The notes: a model not told the origin generated them from the letters alone. A DNA stretch of 64,000 nucleotides from Infirmifilum sp. (GCA_041287245.1 JBEULP010000062.1:1-64000), one strand, 5' to 3'. Positions 44,240 through 54,902 are shown, counted from the stretch's first letter. Program-made: numbers and translations.

Positions 44240-44579
44240 AAAACGAAGCAAGCCTCGCCCCTTTATGGGGGTTTCTAAGCCCCGGATACGGTGGGTTCCG
44301 TGGGGCCTCGTGCGGGGAAACTCGTCTAAGTGGTATGGTCAAGCCTCGGCTGTGCCCCCCGCACGCGCACGCATATCCCCGAGTCCCAGAGAAGCGGGGT
44401 CCTCTCCCACCAAGGGATAGGGGTAAAGGGCTTAAGGCCAAGCCCGCGGTCCACCGCTAGACGAGCCGGGGGTGGCGTAAGCCACCAGCAATGAGGCAAT
44501 GAAAGTGAAGACGGCAAACCACAAACCAATGACCCCCCCAAAGGGAACACCCGCCCCTTCAGGCCGGGGAGGAGGTCAG
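44240..44579 (+). mobile_element. 340-bp non-autonomous IS605 derivative retaining the tnpB 3' / omega-RNA region
   Basis: TGAC|AAAACGAAGCAAGCCTCGCCCC left end; GAAC-hairpin-GGAGGAGGTCAG right end; no transposase ORF. Confidence 0.82.
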
Positions 44580-44630
44580 ACGTGGGGGAATGGATTTATT
44601 GAGGGTTTACAGGTTTTGTAGGGGGTTGCA

Positions 44631-44912
44631 GTGGCTGGTAAGGTGCGTGCACACATCTATGTCTCAGGCCTAGTACAAGGTGTTTTCTTCCGCGCCTCTA
44701 TGCAGGAGGTAGCACGGGACCTAGGTGTCACAGGGTGGGTTCGCAACTTGCCAGATGGTAGGGTTGAGGCGGTGTTGGAGGGGGAGGAGGAGAGCGTAAA
44801 GAAGGTTATAGAGTGGGCTCGTAGGGGTCCTCCTCTGGCTAGGGTTGAGGAGGTTAAGGTCGTCTGGGAGGAGTACAAAGGCGAGTTCAACGACTTCTAC
44901 ATTAGGAGGTGA
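44631..44912 (+). CDS. acyP: Acylphosphatase
   Basis: [21 protein letters not shown]. Confidence 0.95.
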   Translation: MAGKVRAHIYVSGLVQGVFFRASMQEVARDLGVTGWVRNLPDGRVEAVLEGEEESVKKVIEWARRGPPLARVEEVKVVWEEYKGEFNDFYIRR

Positions 44913-46117
44913 GGCGATTGAGGCAGCTTCACAGCGTATCGATGGTTCTCGGGGAGGCTCTGAAGTATCTTAAGCCGCCCGGAGAGCTAGAGGTACCTGT
45001 CGACTCCGCCCTCGGCATGTACTCTGCTGAAACACTTTTTTCTTCCTTCAAGCTGCCACCTGCTCCGAAGAGCGTCGTCGACGGCTTTGCCGTCAGAGCT
45101 GTCGACGTTGAGGCTGCTTCACAGAACTCCCCAGTGGCTCTGAAGCTTCGAGCGGAGGTCTTAAGGCCTCTCGGCAGGCCGGGGTTTTCGCTAAGCGCTG
45201 GGGAAGCTGTGAGGGTTGAAACCGGCTCGTTGCTGCCCGAGGGCGCTGATGCTGTTGTCCCTGTCGAGGATACCTTCGTAGAGAACGGCAAGGTCTTTGT
45301 CCTTAAACGCCTAGCGGCCTACGAGAATGTCTCCCTACCCGGGGAAGAGTACGATGAGGGGCTTACCATTGTAAGGAGGGGAGAGAGGTTGAAGCCTCAG
45401 AGTATAGCCGCCTTGATTTTGGAGGGTAGAGAGAGACTGAGAGTATTCGACACCTCTGCGAGAATCCTCAACATAGGTGATGAGATAGTTGGGGGGACTT
45501 TCTTCCGTCCTTTCACACATTTGTTCGTCAAGGCGTGGCTTGAAGAACACGGGTTCCGCGTAAATGAGGTCTCGCTCGCCCCTGACGATCCGGACAAGGT
45601 TTACTCGTGGATCGAGAGGGGTGGGGCCTACCTGCACGTTTTGCTCGGCGGGACCTCGATGGGCGGCCACGACTTAACTGTGAAGGCTGTTGAGCGCCTC
45701 GGTGCTGAGTATCTCGTCCACGGGTTTGCGGTGCAGCCCGGGAAGACGGCTTGCCTGGCAGTGTGGAACGGCGCGCCGGTTCTAGCTATGAGCGGGCTAC
45801 CTGTGGCAGCAATGTCAACTCTTGAAATAGTTCTGAAGCCCCTGCTTACCCGCTTAGGGCTAGAGCTACCAGAATATCCGAAGGTTAGAGCCGTGCTGAC
45901 AAGACGTGTCTCCGTGAAGATGGGTGTTACGGGCTTCGCGCGTGTCAGGGTTTACAGGTGCGAGGCGGGGTTCTGCGCTGAGCCCGTTATGCTCGGAGGC
46001 TCAGGGTCTCTGACTAGCCTTCTAAGGGGGAATGGCTTCGTGATCGTCCCCGAGGGTGTTGAAGGCTACGAGGCGGGTGAGACGGTTGAGGTTCATCTTA
46101 TAAGAGGTGTAGAGTAG
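44909..46117 (+). CDS. moeA: Molybdopterin molybdotransferase MoeA
   Basis: [33 protein letters not shown]. Confidence 0.88.
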   Translation: MRRLRQLHSVSMVLGEALKYLKPPGELEVPVDSALGMYSAETLFSSFKLPPAPKSVVDGFAVRAVDVEAASQNSPVALKLRAEVLRPLGRPGFSLSAGEAVRVETGSLLPEGADAVVPVEDTFVENGKVFVLKRLAAYENVSLPGEEYDEGLTIVRRGERLKPQSIAALILEGRERLRVFDTSARILNIGDEIVGGTFFRPFTHLFVKAWLEEHGFRVNEVSLAPDDPDKVYSWIERGGAYLHVLLGGTSMGGHDLTVKAVERLGAEYLVHGFAVQPGKTACLAVWNGAPVLAMSGLPVAAMSTLEIVLKPLLTRLGLELPEYPKVRAVLTRRVSVKMGVTGFARVRVYRCEAGFCAEPVMLGGSGSLTSLLRGNGFVIVPEGVEGYEAGETVEVHLIRGVE

Positions 46118-48072
46118 TGGGGGAGAGGAAGATATACAGGAGCCTCGTGAGAGTGGATGAAGTACTAAGGATTCTCGAGTCTTACAGGCCACTAGAGCCA
46201 TTGGGCGAGGAGGAGGTTAGCCTAACTGAGGCATTAGGCCGCGTCCTAAGCAGGCACGTTTTCTCGCCTATAGACTACCCTCCGTACACCAGGGCCCTCG
46301 TCGACGGTTACGCGGTTATAAGCCAGGATCTCGTAGGAGTTTACGAGGATAGGCCCCGCACGCTTCGCCTCGTAGGTAAGGTCTCCACAGGGGAGACGAG
46401 ACTACTGAGGATAGGGCCCGGGGAGACGGTTGAGGTATCGACGGGCGCTGTTCTCCCATACCCGGCTGACGCGGTGGCATACATCGAGTATACGCAGGCA
46501 ATCGGGGACAGCGTCACCTTCTACAGGAGCGTTTCGCGGGGAGATAACATCGACATGGCGGGTTCGGACATAGCGAGGGGTGAGATCGTTGCGTGGAAAG
46601 GCGATATTGTAACACCATTGGTCGTTTCAGCGCTGGCGGCTACAGGGGTGAGTAAGGTATGGGTCTACAAGCGTGCCAATGTGGGTATTATACCCACTGG
46701 GAACGAGATCCGCAGCCCCGGTGAAAGGCTGGAGTACGGCCAGTTATACGACTCGAACTCCTACATGGTTTACAGCCTATTGAAGCTTCTCGGCGCTAGG
46801 CCAAGAGTATATGAGAGGGTTCCTGACGATCTGGCAGCTATAGAAGAGACTCTGCACAGGGCACTTAGCGAGAACGACGTGGTGGTGACTATAGGGGGCA
46901 CGAGTGCCGGCCTTGAAGACTATACGTTCCGAGCAATGTCGAAGCTGAGCCCCGGGATAATCGTCCACGGCGTGCGCGAAAAGCCCGGGAGACCCCTTGT
47001 CGTCGCTCTCCACGGCGAAAAGATAATCTTCGGGCTCCCAGGCTTTCCAATGTCATGTCTACTAGCGGCGAACCTATACCTCTTACCCGTCGTAGCCAGG
47101 CTGCAAGGCCTTAAGCTGGACACGACGTCTACCTTCAAGGCTGAGATAACACTCCCCATCAAGAACGAGCCGGGGATAAGGTATTTCGTCCCAGCGGTCT
47201 TGAAGCAGGAGGGGGGAGTCTACAAGGCGTTCCCGCTTCCTGGGCACAGCGGGAGAGTGTCGTCGATGGTACTGTTCGACGGCTTCATCGTGGTTAAGGA
47301 AGAGGATGAGTATCTGCCTCAGGGGTCCAAGGTAGAGGTCATGCCCAACCCCTTTTCAAAGCCTTACGAGGTGAATATTATTGGGAGTCACGACCCGCTT
47401 CTACAGGAGATCGTCGGGGGGCTGCCCCAAGGCGTTGTTAGGATGGTGAACGTGGGGAGCACCGCTGGGCTCCAGGCTGTGAAGAGCGGAGTGGGAGACA
47501 TAGCCGGGACGCATCTGCTGGACCCTGCAACCGGAGAGTACAACTTGCCGTATCTAAAACAGTATGGGATAACAGGGGCTGTGTTGGTGCGTGGGTACCT
47601 ACGTGAGCAGGGCTTCGTGTTTAGACACGAGATAGGCAGCGTAGAGTCCCTTCTAGAAGTCGTGTCAAGGGGGTTGAGCTTTGTTAACAGAAACCCCGGG
47701 AGCGGTACTAGGGTTCTAATCGACAAGATGCTAGAAGAAGAGTCTAGACGGAGTGGGGTCGATCTTGAAGAGATCAAAAAGAACCTCAAGGGCTACACTT
47801 TTGAGGTTAAGACACACGAGGCTGTCGCATACCTAGTCTCACAGGGGGTTGCAGATGTAGGCGTAGCGCTAAGGTTCGTAGCTGAGAAGTACGGCCTAGC
47901 CTTCAAGAGCCTTACATGGGAAAGGTATGACCTCCTTGTCAACGCTAAATCGCTCTCAAACCCCAGGGTTCGCAGCATAATAGAGAGGGTTAAAAACCTG
48001 ACCCGAGAAGACCTCGAGGCCTACGCGGGTTACAAGGTCGATGGCGAGACAGGGAAAGAGATAACGTTTTAG
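46117..48072 (+). CDS. moeA: MoeA fused to a C-terminal periplasmic-binding-protein-like domain
   Basis: VDGYAV, TGNE, GGTSAG, KPGRP, GLPGFP; C-terminal GSHD, NRNPGSGTR. Confidence 0.9.
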   Translation: MGERKIYRSLVRVDEVLRILESYRPLEPLGEEEVSLTEALGRVLSRHVFSPIDYPPYTRALVDGYAVISQDLVGVYEDRPRTLRLVGKVSTGETRLLRIGPGETVEVSTGAVLPYPADAVAYIEYTQAIGDSVTFYRSVSRGDNIDMAGSDIARGEIVAWKGDIVTPLVVSALAATGVSKVWVYKRANVGIIPTGNEIRSPGERLEYGQLYDSNSYMVYSLLKLLGARPRVYERVPDDLAAIEETLHRALSENDVVVTIGGTSAGLEDYTFRAMSKLSPGIIVHGVREKPGRPLVVALHGEKIIFGLPGFPMSCLLAANLYLLPVVARLQGLKLDTTSTFKAEITLPIKNEPGIRYFVPAVLKQEGGVYKAFPLPGHSGRVSSMVLFDGFIVVKEEDEYLPQGSKVEVMPNPFSKPYEVNIIGSHDPLLQEIVGGLPQGVVRMVNVGSTAGLQAVKSGVGDIAGTHLLDPATGEYNLPYLKQYGITGAVLVRGYLREQGFVFRHEIGSVESLLEVVSRGLSFVNRNPGSGTRVLIDKMLEEESRRSGVDLEEIKKNLKGYTFEVKTHEAVAYLVSQGVADVGVALRFVAEKYGLAFKSLTWERYDLLVNAKSLSNPRVRSIIERVKNLTREDLEAYAGYKVDGETGKEITF

Positions 48073-48096
48073 AGCGCCTAGTAAGCCGCTCGAAGG

Positions 48097-48870
48097 CTAA
48101 ACTGAAACTTTCTCTAAAACAGCGCTGCGCGTAAGCCCGGAGAGAAGCTCGTAGTACCGTGAGGCAAAATCTCCGTCAACCTTCCACTCGCCGACAACCC
48201 TGCCCAAGAAGAGAATAGCCGCCCTCTTTGCCACCCTCTGCGCCTGGGCCGGGTCGTGCGTAACGATAACTATGCTCATCTCCCTCGACAGCTCCCGTAT
48301 CACCTCTTCAATCTTCGCCGCGTTCACCGGATCCAGGTTCGCCGTAGGTTCATCCATAAGGAGGATTCGCGGCCGGAGCGCTAGAGCCCTCGCAATACAC
48401 AGCCTCTGCTGCTGCCCCCCGCTCAGCGTGGACGCCGGCTCCCGCAGGCGATCCTTAACCTCTTCCCATAGGGAAGCCTTCTCTAAAGCCCATCTCACGG
48501 TGTTTTCTAGCGCCCTACCCTTAGAGATGCCGTGCAGCCTAGGACCTATAGCTACGTTGTCAAAAATGCTTAAGTGCGGGAAGGGGTTAGGGATTTGGAA
48601 CACCATCCCCACGATCTGCGAGAGTTGCTCGGGGCTTGCAGAATTGCTGTAGACATTCTGGCCGTATACCTCAACCACACCCTGCACCCTGCCGCCTCTC
48701 AGTGTTACAAGCCGGTTTATGGTTCTGAGAAGCGTGGACTTCCCGCAACCCGAAGGTCCCATGACCGCATAGACTTCTTTCTCGGGTATCCTCAGGTTTA
48801 CGTTGAACAATACCTGTTTCTCGCCGAACCAGACGTTCACATTCTCCATGCGTATTGCTAGCCGGCTCAT
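48097..48870 (-). CDS. pstB: Phosphate ABC transporter ATPase
   Basis: GPSGCGKST, FQIPNPFP, LSGGQQQRLCIARALA. Confidence 0.92.
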   Translation of the reverse strand: MSRLAIRMENVNVWFGEKQVLFNVNLRIPEKEVYAVMGPSGCGKSTLLRTINRLVTLRGGRVQGVVEVYGQNVYSNSASPEQLSQIVGMVFQIPNPFPHLSIFDNVAIGPRLHGISKGRALENTVRWALEKASLWEEVKDRLREPASTLSGGQQQRLCIARALALRPRILLMDEPTANLDPVNAAKIEEVIRELSREMSIVIVTHDPAQAQRVAKRAAILFLGRVVGEWKVDGDFASRYYELLSGLTRSAVLEKVSV

Positions 48871-49712
48871 GCGAACTTCACCTCCCCTACAAGGGCTCGT
48901 GTGGCTGTGGAGAGTAAAACCGAGGATATGAAGAGGATGGTGCTCGCAGCCCAGGCCAGGAGTCTAAGGTTCTCGAACGGGGTTTGCGCGAACCTGTATA
49001 TTACCAGGGAGAGTGTGTTCGACGGGCCTGTAAGTCCGTAAAACCCGTATAATGCAAAGCCTGCAGTTAAGAGAACAGGCGCCGTCTCGCCTAGAGCCTT
49101 CATCAGTCCCAGGAGAATTCCCGCTGCTATACCTGTCCTGCCCATGGGTACAAGCACAAGCCAGACGGTCTTCCACCTCGGAGCTCCTAGAGAGTATGCA
49201 GCCTCACGGTAGGCTTCCGGTATGGAACGTATCGACTCTCTCACCTGAGTGGTAATGAAGGGCAAAATCGCGATAGCAAGGGCGATGGATCCAGCTATGA
49301 GTGAGTAACCGCCCAATGGGAGACACACCACTGTGAACACGAAGAGCCCTATGAGGACTGTTGGAATTTCAGAGAGCATCTGAACCATATTGGATGTAAA
49401 GCTGGCGAGCCTACCGGAGCGCTCCTCACCCAAGTATACACCCACCGCCAGGCTTACAGGCGTCGCCAGAGCCACAGCCAAGACTACCATTACAGTGGTA
49501 TTCAGCAATATTGGCCCCAAGCCTCCGACCTCTCCCTCCGGGGGGCCTGGGGCTTGAACCAGAAGACCAGCCCCGCTGCTGATAAACGCCGGCAAGCTTT
49601 TGACTATTGAGGAGAGGGCGACGTGGAGTATAAACCCTGCGAAGAGGAGTGTAGAAACCGTGGTGAAGGCCATGAAGAGCCTGTCAAGGAGTACCCATCT
49701 AGAGCCCAACAC
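48867..49712 (-). CDS. pstA: Phosphate ABC permease
   Basis: YREAAYSLGA, GETAP. Confidence 0.88.
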   Translation of the reverse strand: MLGSRWVLLDRLFMAFTTVSTLLFAGFILHVALSSIVKSLPAFISSGAGLLVQAPGPPEGEVGGLGPILLNTTVMVVLAVALATPVSLAVGVYLGEERSGRLASFTSNMVQMLSEIPTVLIGLFVFTVVCLPLGGYSLIAGSIALAIAILPFITTQVRESIRSIPEAYREAAYSLGAPRWKTVWLVLVPMGRTGIAAGILLGLMKALGETAPVLLTAGFALYGFYGLTGPSNTLSLVIYRFAQTPFENLRLLAWAASTILFISSVLLSTATRALVGEVKFA

Positions 49713-50586
49713 TGGTCACCTTTCTAACCCTTTCCACGAGCCTAAGCCCTAGTAGGATGAAGAGGGTGTTAATCACGAGCATTACGAAGGCGGCAGCATA
49801 GAGGGCGCTGAACATGTATCTGTAAAGCGCGGCCTCTGAGATATAGTTCACAATAACGCTTGAAACGGTGACCCCTGGCTCGAACGGGGAGATGGCGAGA
49901 TTGAAGGAATTACCCACGACCATCGAGACTGCTGTCGTTTCCCCTATACATTTGCCGAATGCCAGGAGTAGAGCCCCCAGGACTGCTCCTCCAATCATCC
50001 GAAAGTTTACCCAGAATCTGTCGAAGCCATAGGCACCTAGACTGTGGAGCGCCTCGATGTAGGTAAAGGGTATGGCGCGGTAAGCCTCCCCAACTATTAA
50101 GGTGATGTAGGGTAGATTCATCAATGCCAGGACGATCCCAGCCGACATGATTGACTGACCTGTGGGCGACGCTCCAGGGAGGTTTAGGAGAGCGGACACC
50201 ACTCTAATCATCGGAGTGATGAACTCTAACCCCCACAGACCGTAGAGCACTGTGGGGATGGATGCTGAATAAAACGTCAGGCTTTGTAGGAAATCTCGCA
50301 CCTGCTGTGGAGCATACTCATAGGTAAAGGCCACGATTCCTATAGAAAGCGGAAAAGCTATCAGGATGGCTATGCCAGAGGTGTATAATGTCCCCCATAG
50401 TGCAGGAAGAACCCCATAGTATTCCTCTGTTGCCGACCACCTGGTCGAAAGCAAAAAGGAGGCTCCTTCACGTGTCAAAACAGGTATTGAGAAATAGACC
50501 ATGACCGCGAAAAGTCCCACTAGTAGGGCGATAGTCAATCCTACAAAGGGAAGCGTTGTCAGTGTTAAAGTATCACTTCCTCTCAT
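49699..50586 (-). CDS. pstC: Phosphate ABC permease
   Basis: IPTVLYGLWG, GETTAVSMVVGN. Confidence 0.88.
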   Translation of the reverse strand: MRGSDTLTLTTLPFVGLTIALLVGLFAVMVYFSIPVLTREGASFLLSTRWSATEEYYGVLPALWGTLYTSGIAILIAFPLSIGIVAFTYEYAPQQVRDFLQSLTFYSASIPTVLYGLWGLEFITPMIRVVSALLNLPGASPTGQSIMSAGIVLALMNLPYITLIVGEAYRAIPFTYIEALHSLGAYGFDRFWVNFRMIGGAVLGALLLAFGKCIGETTAVSMVVGNSFNLAISPFEPGVTVSSVIVNYISEAALYRYMFSALYAAAFVMLVINTLFILLGLRLVERVRKVTSVGL

Positions 50587-50703
50587 TTTCTTCAGCCTAT
50601 ATAAATATATAGCTTCTTATAAAACTTTCGTTCTAATATGTAGTATGTCTACAATAAATATAGAAAAAATAATAATTCATTTAAAAATATATTCGTAAAA
50701 AAC

Positions 50704-51840
50704 TTATTTCCTCCCTAAAAGCTCATTTGCAACTTTGAGACCTGCGTCCACAAAGGGCCCTGAAATGGGAGCATAACCCTCGATAATGTTCCCCGGCTTC
50801 TGTCCCTCGGTGAAGACCCACTTTAGGAACAAGCCTAACGCCAATGCTTTTTCCCTTGGATACTTGTCAGGGGCTTTTACGATAACATAAGTAGGCGTGA
50901 CAATCGGGTATGCACCGCTAGCCCTAACGTTAAGCATCTGTGATAGCAAGTCATACTTGCTTACGTCGGCTGAAGGGTCATAGGATATGGAAACCCCGCC
51001 TGCAGCTTTTGAAACAGACTCAGGGGTGGGAGCGACGTATTCCCCAACCGCGTTTTCTAGCAATGCCACTTGCAAGCCCTTAGTGTATGCCAGCTCGACA
51101 TAACCCATGGAATAGGGCGTGCTCTTAACAGCTTGAGCCACTCCCGGGTTTCCCTGCCCCCCAATACCTCTGCCTTGCGCGTCTAGAGGCCAGTTAACGG
51201 TTAATCCAGCCCCTACCTTACTCTTCCACTCGCCAGATATTTTAGAGAGAAAAGTTGTGAAAACCGCATTGGTCCCGCTTGCGTCGCTTCTGTGAACGAA
51301 TATGATTTTCTGGTGCGGTAGGCTTAGGCCGGGATTGAGAGACTTGAGCATAGGGTCGTCCCAGTATTCTATCTGACCCAAGAGGATTTTAACGAGAGCC
51401 TCCTGCGACAGTCTAAGCTGTTTGCCACCAAGCTCTGGAATGTTGTAAACGATTGCTATCCCCCCTACAAGCCACGGTAGCTGGTAAACCTTGCCGTACT
51501 TTTCTGTAGCGGCTGCCCATTTGTCAGACGCGAGGGGCACGTCGCTTCCGGCAAAGTCTACAATGCCTGAGAGAAAATCGGTCTGCCCCTTTCCGCTACC
51601 CCCTCCTGCGTACTCGATCCTTATCTTAGGGTATGCTGCGCTAAACTTTTGAACCCAAGCGTTTATCTGTGGCTGCGGGAATGTTGCGCCGCTCCCGCTC
51701 AAAAGGGCTGAGACTTCCTGGATGTTTGGCTGGTTTTGAAGGTATATCACGCCTGCAGCTATGAGAACCAGTGCTAGAACTGCAGCATTAACAATTATCT
51801 CGCTTTTTGTAAACTTGAGCTGCATTTGGATCGGTTTCAT
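50704..51840 (-). CDS. pstS: Phosphate ABC substrate-binding protein
   Basis: GSGATFP, GSGKG, DFAGSD, RSDASGT. Confidence 0.92.
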   Translation of the reverse strand: MKPIQMQLKFTKSEIIVNAAVLALVLIAAGVIYLQNQPNIQEVSALLSGSGATFPQPQINAWVQKFSAAYPKIRIEYAGGGSGKGQTDFLSGIVDFAGSDVPLASDKWAAATEKYGKVYQLPWLVGGIAIVYNIPELGGKQLRLSQEALVKILLGQIEYWDDPMLKSLNPGLSLPHQKIIFVHRSDASGTNAVFTTFLSKISGEWKSKVGAGLTVNWPLDAQGRGIGGQGNPGVAQAVKSTPYSMGYVELAYTKGLQVALLENAVGEYVAPTPESVSKAAGGVSISYDPSADVSKYDLLSQMLNVRASGAYPIVTPTYVIVKAPDKYPREKALALGLFLKWVFTEGQKPGNIIEGYAPISGPFVDAGLKVANELLGRK

Positions 51841-52000
51841 AACTAAATAGTTCTATATAAGTTTTTCCCCTTTCTATCTAGATTAGTTTTTTCGTATTGA
51901 AACCTATATAGAAGAAATAGAGTTTAATCAAACGGCTCTCCTCAAGGATTGAGAACAAGAATAGTGAGAAGTCTCGGTTCGTCGCCGCGAAACTAATGAC

Positions 52001-52044
52001 AAAACGAGGCAAGCCTCGCCCTTTTAGGGCGGGGAGGAAGTCAG
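52001..52044 (+). mobile_element. 44-bp minimal IS605-derived palindromic element (PATE-like)
   Basis: TGAC|AAAACGAGGCAAGCCTCGCCCTTTTAGGGCGGGGAGGAAGTCAG. Confidence 0.82.
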
Positions 52045-52067
52045 AGCTAAGGGAGAGGCGGCCATGC

Positions 52068-52691
52068 CTAGGATGTTCCTTGTCCTCGGCATCTTCTCTC
52101 GGCTGTCTCCACGTCCTTTTCAGTGTTCACGTTCAGGAATTCTATTTCAGGATTATCAGTCAAGCTCCGTATGTCGATATACCTTGTCCTCAATCTCTGA
52201 AGTACTGAGGCTACTCGTATATCCATCCTGTCGAGCCTTTTTAGCTCCTCGCTAAGGACAGCACGTCTGTATACTGCTATTAGAGGCTCAACATAACCGT
52301 TGGGCCATAAGGGCACCACGGCGTCGACCGCCTCGTCAAGCGCTTCCTGAAGCCTTTTTAGCGTGAGACCAGTTATAAAGGGGGTGTCCGCTGGCACAAC
52401 AGTGAGTATGGTATTTTTAGAGTGAAGGGTGGCTGTGTAGAGACCTGTCAGTGGAGAATATACCTCTGCTGCGTCCCTTAGTATCACGGTTTCAACTTGA
52501 AATTTCCTGAGTAGAGGGGACACAAGCCTCTCCTGCTCTTCGGTATGTACGACCACTAGGATTTTCTGAAAAAAGGGACTTGTATTCTCAATAACTCTTG
52601 CTAAGAGGGGCTTCCCGCAGATCGGGAGCAATGGTTTATAGACGCCTTTTAGCCTTCTTGCCGCACCGCCAGCTAGTATAGCGATCTCCAA
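52068..52691 (-). CDS. mobA: Molybdenum cofactor guanylyltransferase
   Basis: LAGGAARR..K, PLTGL, ADTP, EPL, FLNVNT. Confidence 0.88.
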   Translation of the reverse strand: MEIAILAGGAARRLKGVYKPLLPICGKPLLARVIENTSPFFQKILVVVHTEEQERLVSPLLRKFQVETVILRDAAEVYSPLTGLYTATLHSKNTILTVVPADTPFITGLTLKRLQEALDEAVDAVVPLWPNGYVEPLIAVYRRAVLSEELKRLDRMDIRVASVLQRLRTRYIDIRSLTDNPEIEFLNVNTEKDVETAERRCRGQGTS

Positions 52692-52759
52692 AGAATCACC
52701 CTATTTAGCATGATAAATCTCTAGGAAATATTTAAGTTATAAGCAACGTCCTATTCATC

Positions 52760-53182
52760 GTGGAGCGTTATATTGAGCGTGCAGCGGGAGCGTTAATTAC
52801 ACTTCTCGAGGTACTCATAGCCGTTCTTCTTGCTGTTGCGGTGATACTCTCCTTGTCCAAGCTTGGGGGCGATGCGGTAAGGCTCGCAGCTGAGGCCAGA
52901 TTCGACAGGCAGAGCTTTGTAACTTTCCTCGACGAAGCCCTCCTGATGATAGTAGCCGTAGACCTTATGCGAACCCTTGTCGGCGGCATAGTGGAGAAGA
53001 AAATCTCGGTCATTGTGGTTCTCGAGGCAGCACTAATATTCATTATCAGGGAGATAATAACAATGGAGCTCAAAGAGGTTTCAGATATTCGACTCATACT
53101 CTATATAGTTGTCTTTACAGCACTATTCGTAGCCTGGCTTTTCTCAAAGAAGATAAACATCGGCTCTAGCGACGAAGTATAG
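52760..53182 (+). CDS. PsiE-family membrane protein
   Basis: Four TMs, EAALIFIIREII. Confidence 0.7.
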   Translation: MERYIERAAGALITLLEVLIAVLLAVAVILSLSKLGGDAVRLAAEARFDRQSFVTFLDEALLMIVAVDLMRTLVGGIVEKKISVIVVLEAALIFIIREIITMELKEVSDIRLILYIVVFTALFVAWLFSKKINIGSSDEV

Positions 53183-53264
53183 GTCAAAGTTTTTCCCATC
53201 CCCTGGGAGCCCCATCTATCCCCCTGTGCTTCGACTTCCAGGCTGCTCGCGTCCCAGCTGAGCA

Positions 53265-53651
53265 CTAGGGGTATAGTTCCAGGTAGCGTTGAGAGGATAT
53301 GCCCTTAGCTATGCTTCGCAGCTTTTGATCATCCGTCACCAGGGTTAATCCTTTCTCGCGCGCGGCCACGAGGTAGGATGCGTCATAAGCAGTTAAATTC
53401 AGCTGGACCGCTAGCCTAAAAACCTTGACGCCATCAACCTTGACTTTCGGGAGTGTTTCCCAAGCGGCTATAGCACCTTTCAGCAGCACGAGAGCAGCGT
53501 CATCCGGGATTCTCCTCAAAAGGCTGGCCTCCTTCCATACAGCGTTCACGATCTCGTAGAATGCCAGGTCTATCGTATAGCCGTCCAGGGATCTAGCCCT
53601 CCCCCTCTTCACTACGTTGAGGAGCGCGCTAGAGTCGAAGAGGAAGCTCAC
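53265..53651 (-). CDS. vapC: VapC PIN-domain toxin
   Basis: FDSSA, YEIVN, YDASY, TDD. Confidence 0.9.
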   Translation of the reverse strand: MSFLFDSSALLNVVKRGRARSLDGYTIDLAFYEIVNAVWKEASLLRRIPDDAALVLLKGAIAAWETLPKVKVDGVKVFRLAVQLNLTAYDASYLVAAREKGLTLVTDDQKLRSIAKGISSQRYLELYP

Positions 53652-53878
53652 CTAGACTCCCTGTCTTCTCTTATCAGCCTAGCTATCTCCTCGTCTCCAA
53701 TTCTGCCAAGCTCCTCTAAAACTTCCTTGACCTCCTCGTCCACTCGCTCCAGTATCTTTCTCCTAACGGCGTTCTCGAGGGCTTCACGTATCACCGGCCC
53801 GGGCTTTACCCCTAACTCTCTAAGCTTCTCAGCCAGCTCTCTGGGGATCTTAGCTGACACAGTCACATACCTACTCAT
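53648..53878 (-). CDS. vapB: VapB-type RHH antitoxin
   Basis: VTVSAKIP...IREDR; overlaps vapC. Confidence 0.85.
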   Translation of the reverse strand: MSRYVTVSAKIPRELAEKLRELGVKPGPVIREALENAVRRKILERVDEEVKEVLEELGRIGDEEIARLIREDRESR

Positions 53879-54093
53879 ATGATTACATTATTAATGACTA
53901 CTTATATAAGGTTTACATGAAAGCCATACACCCCCGATGGTATGAAAAGCAGATGCGTGGCCGATTAGATGTTTGAGGGGAACGTTAAAAAGGAACCTGG
54001 AGCCTAGTGCATACTTGCCCAGCTGGAGGGGGTATCCTATGGCTTCAAGATAACCTTTTATTTTTAGATAAATGTGATTGAAAAGGGGGTTAC

Positions 54094-54873
54094 TTGGAGC
54101 GTCTCTCTACGGGCGTGGAGGGTCTTGACGCGCTTCTAGCCGGAGGCATACCCGATGGCTTTTTTGTCGCCCTCGTAGGGATGCCCGGGACAGGCAAGAC
54201 TATTGCGTGTCTCCACTTCATCAACGCCGGACTAAACGCGGGCGAGAAGGCCATCTACGTGACAACTGAAGAGAGCCGTGAGAGCATTATTAGGCAGGCC
54301 TCTCAGTTTGGCATGGGGTTCGAGAGGGCCTACAAGGAGGGTAGGCTCGTCATAATTGACGCTCTAATGCGGGCCTCAAGCGACCAGTGGACTTTGAACC
54401 TGGTAACAGTGGAGGAGATGCTAGACAAGGTGATAGAGGCAAAAAAGCTTCTTGGACAAAAAGCCAGGAGGCTTGTCATAGACTCAATGAGCGCCTTCTG
54501 GTTGAGGGCCCCAGTCAAAGCCAGGGAGGAAAGCTACCTTGTGAAAAGGGTTCTAGCTAAATGGAATTTCACTGTGTACGCCACCTCTCAGTATGCGATA
54601 ACGACTGGAGGCGCGTTCGGCTGGGGCCTTGAGCACATAGCCGACGCGATTATCCATTTTAAGCGTAAGGTATCAGGGGGAGTTCTAACCCGTTATATAA
54701 TCGTTGAAAAGATGAGGCAAACACCACATGATTTAAGGGCATGGGAGATAGCTATCGTTGACGGTAAAGGACTAACTCTTGTGCGTCCCCTGAGTCGACG
54801 GGTTGAAGACGAGGTCCTCCCTGAGAGCGTGTCCAGGAAGATTAAAAAGAGCGTAGAGGAGGAAGGCTTTTAG
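54094..54873 (+). CDS. KaiC/RAD55-family single-domain ATPase
   Basis: GMPGTGKT, TTEE, VIDSMS, EHIAD, VEKMRQT. Confidence 0.88.
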   Translation: MERLSTGVEGLDALLAGGIPDGFFVALVGMPGTGKTIACLHFINAGLNAGEKAIYVTTEESRESIIRQASQFGMGFERAYKEGRLVIIDALMRASSDQWTLNLVTVEEMLDKVIEAKKLLGQKARRLVIDSMSAFWLRAPVKAREESYLVKRVLAKWNFTVYATSQYAITTGGAFGWGLEHIADAIIHFKRKVSGGVLTRYIIVEKMRQTPHDLRAWEIAIVDGKGLTLVRPLSRRVEDEVLPESVSRKIKKSVEEEGF

Positions 54874-54902
54874 GCTTCAAGGCTCGTATGTGATGCGGGA
54901 GT

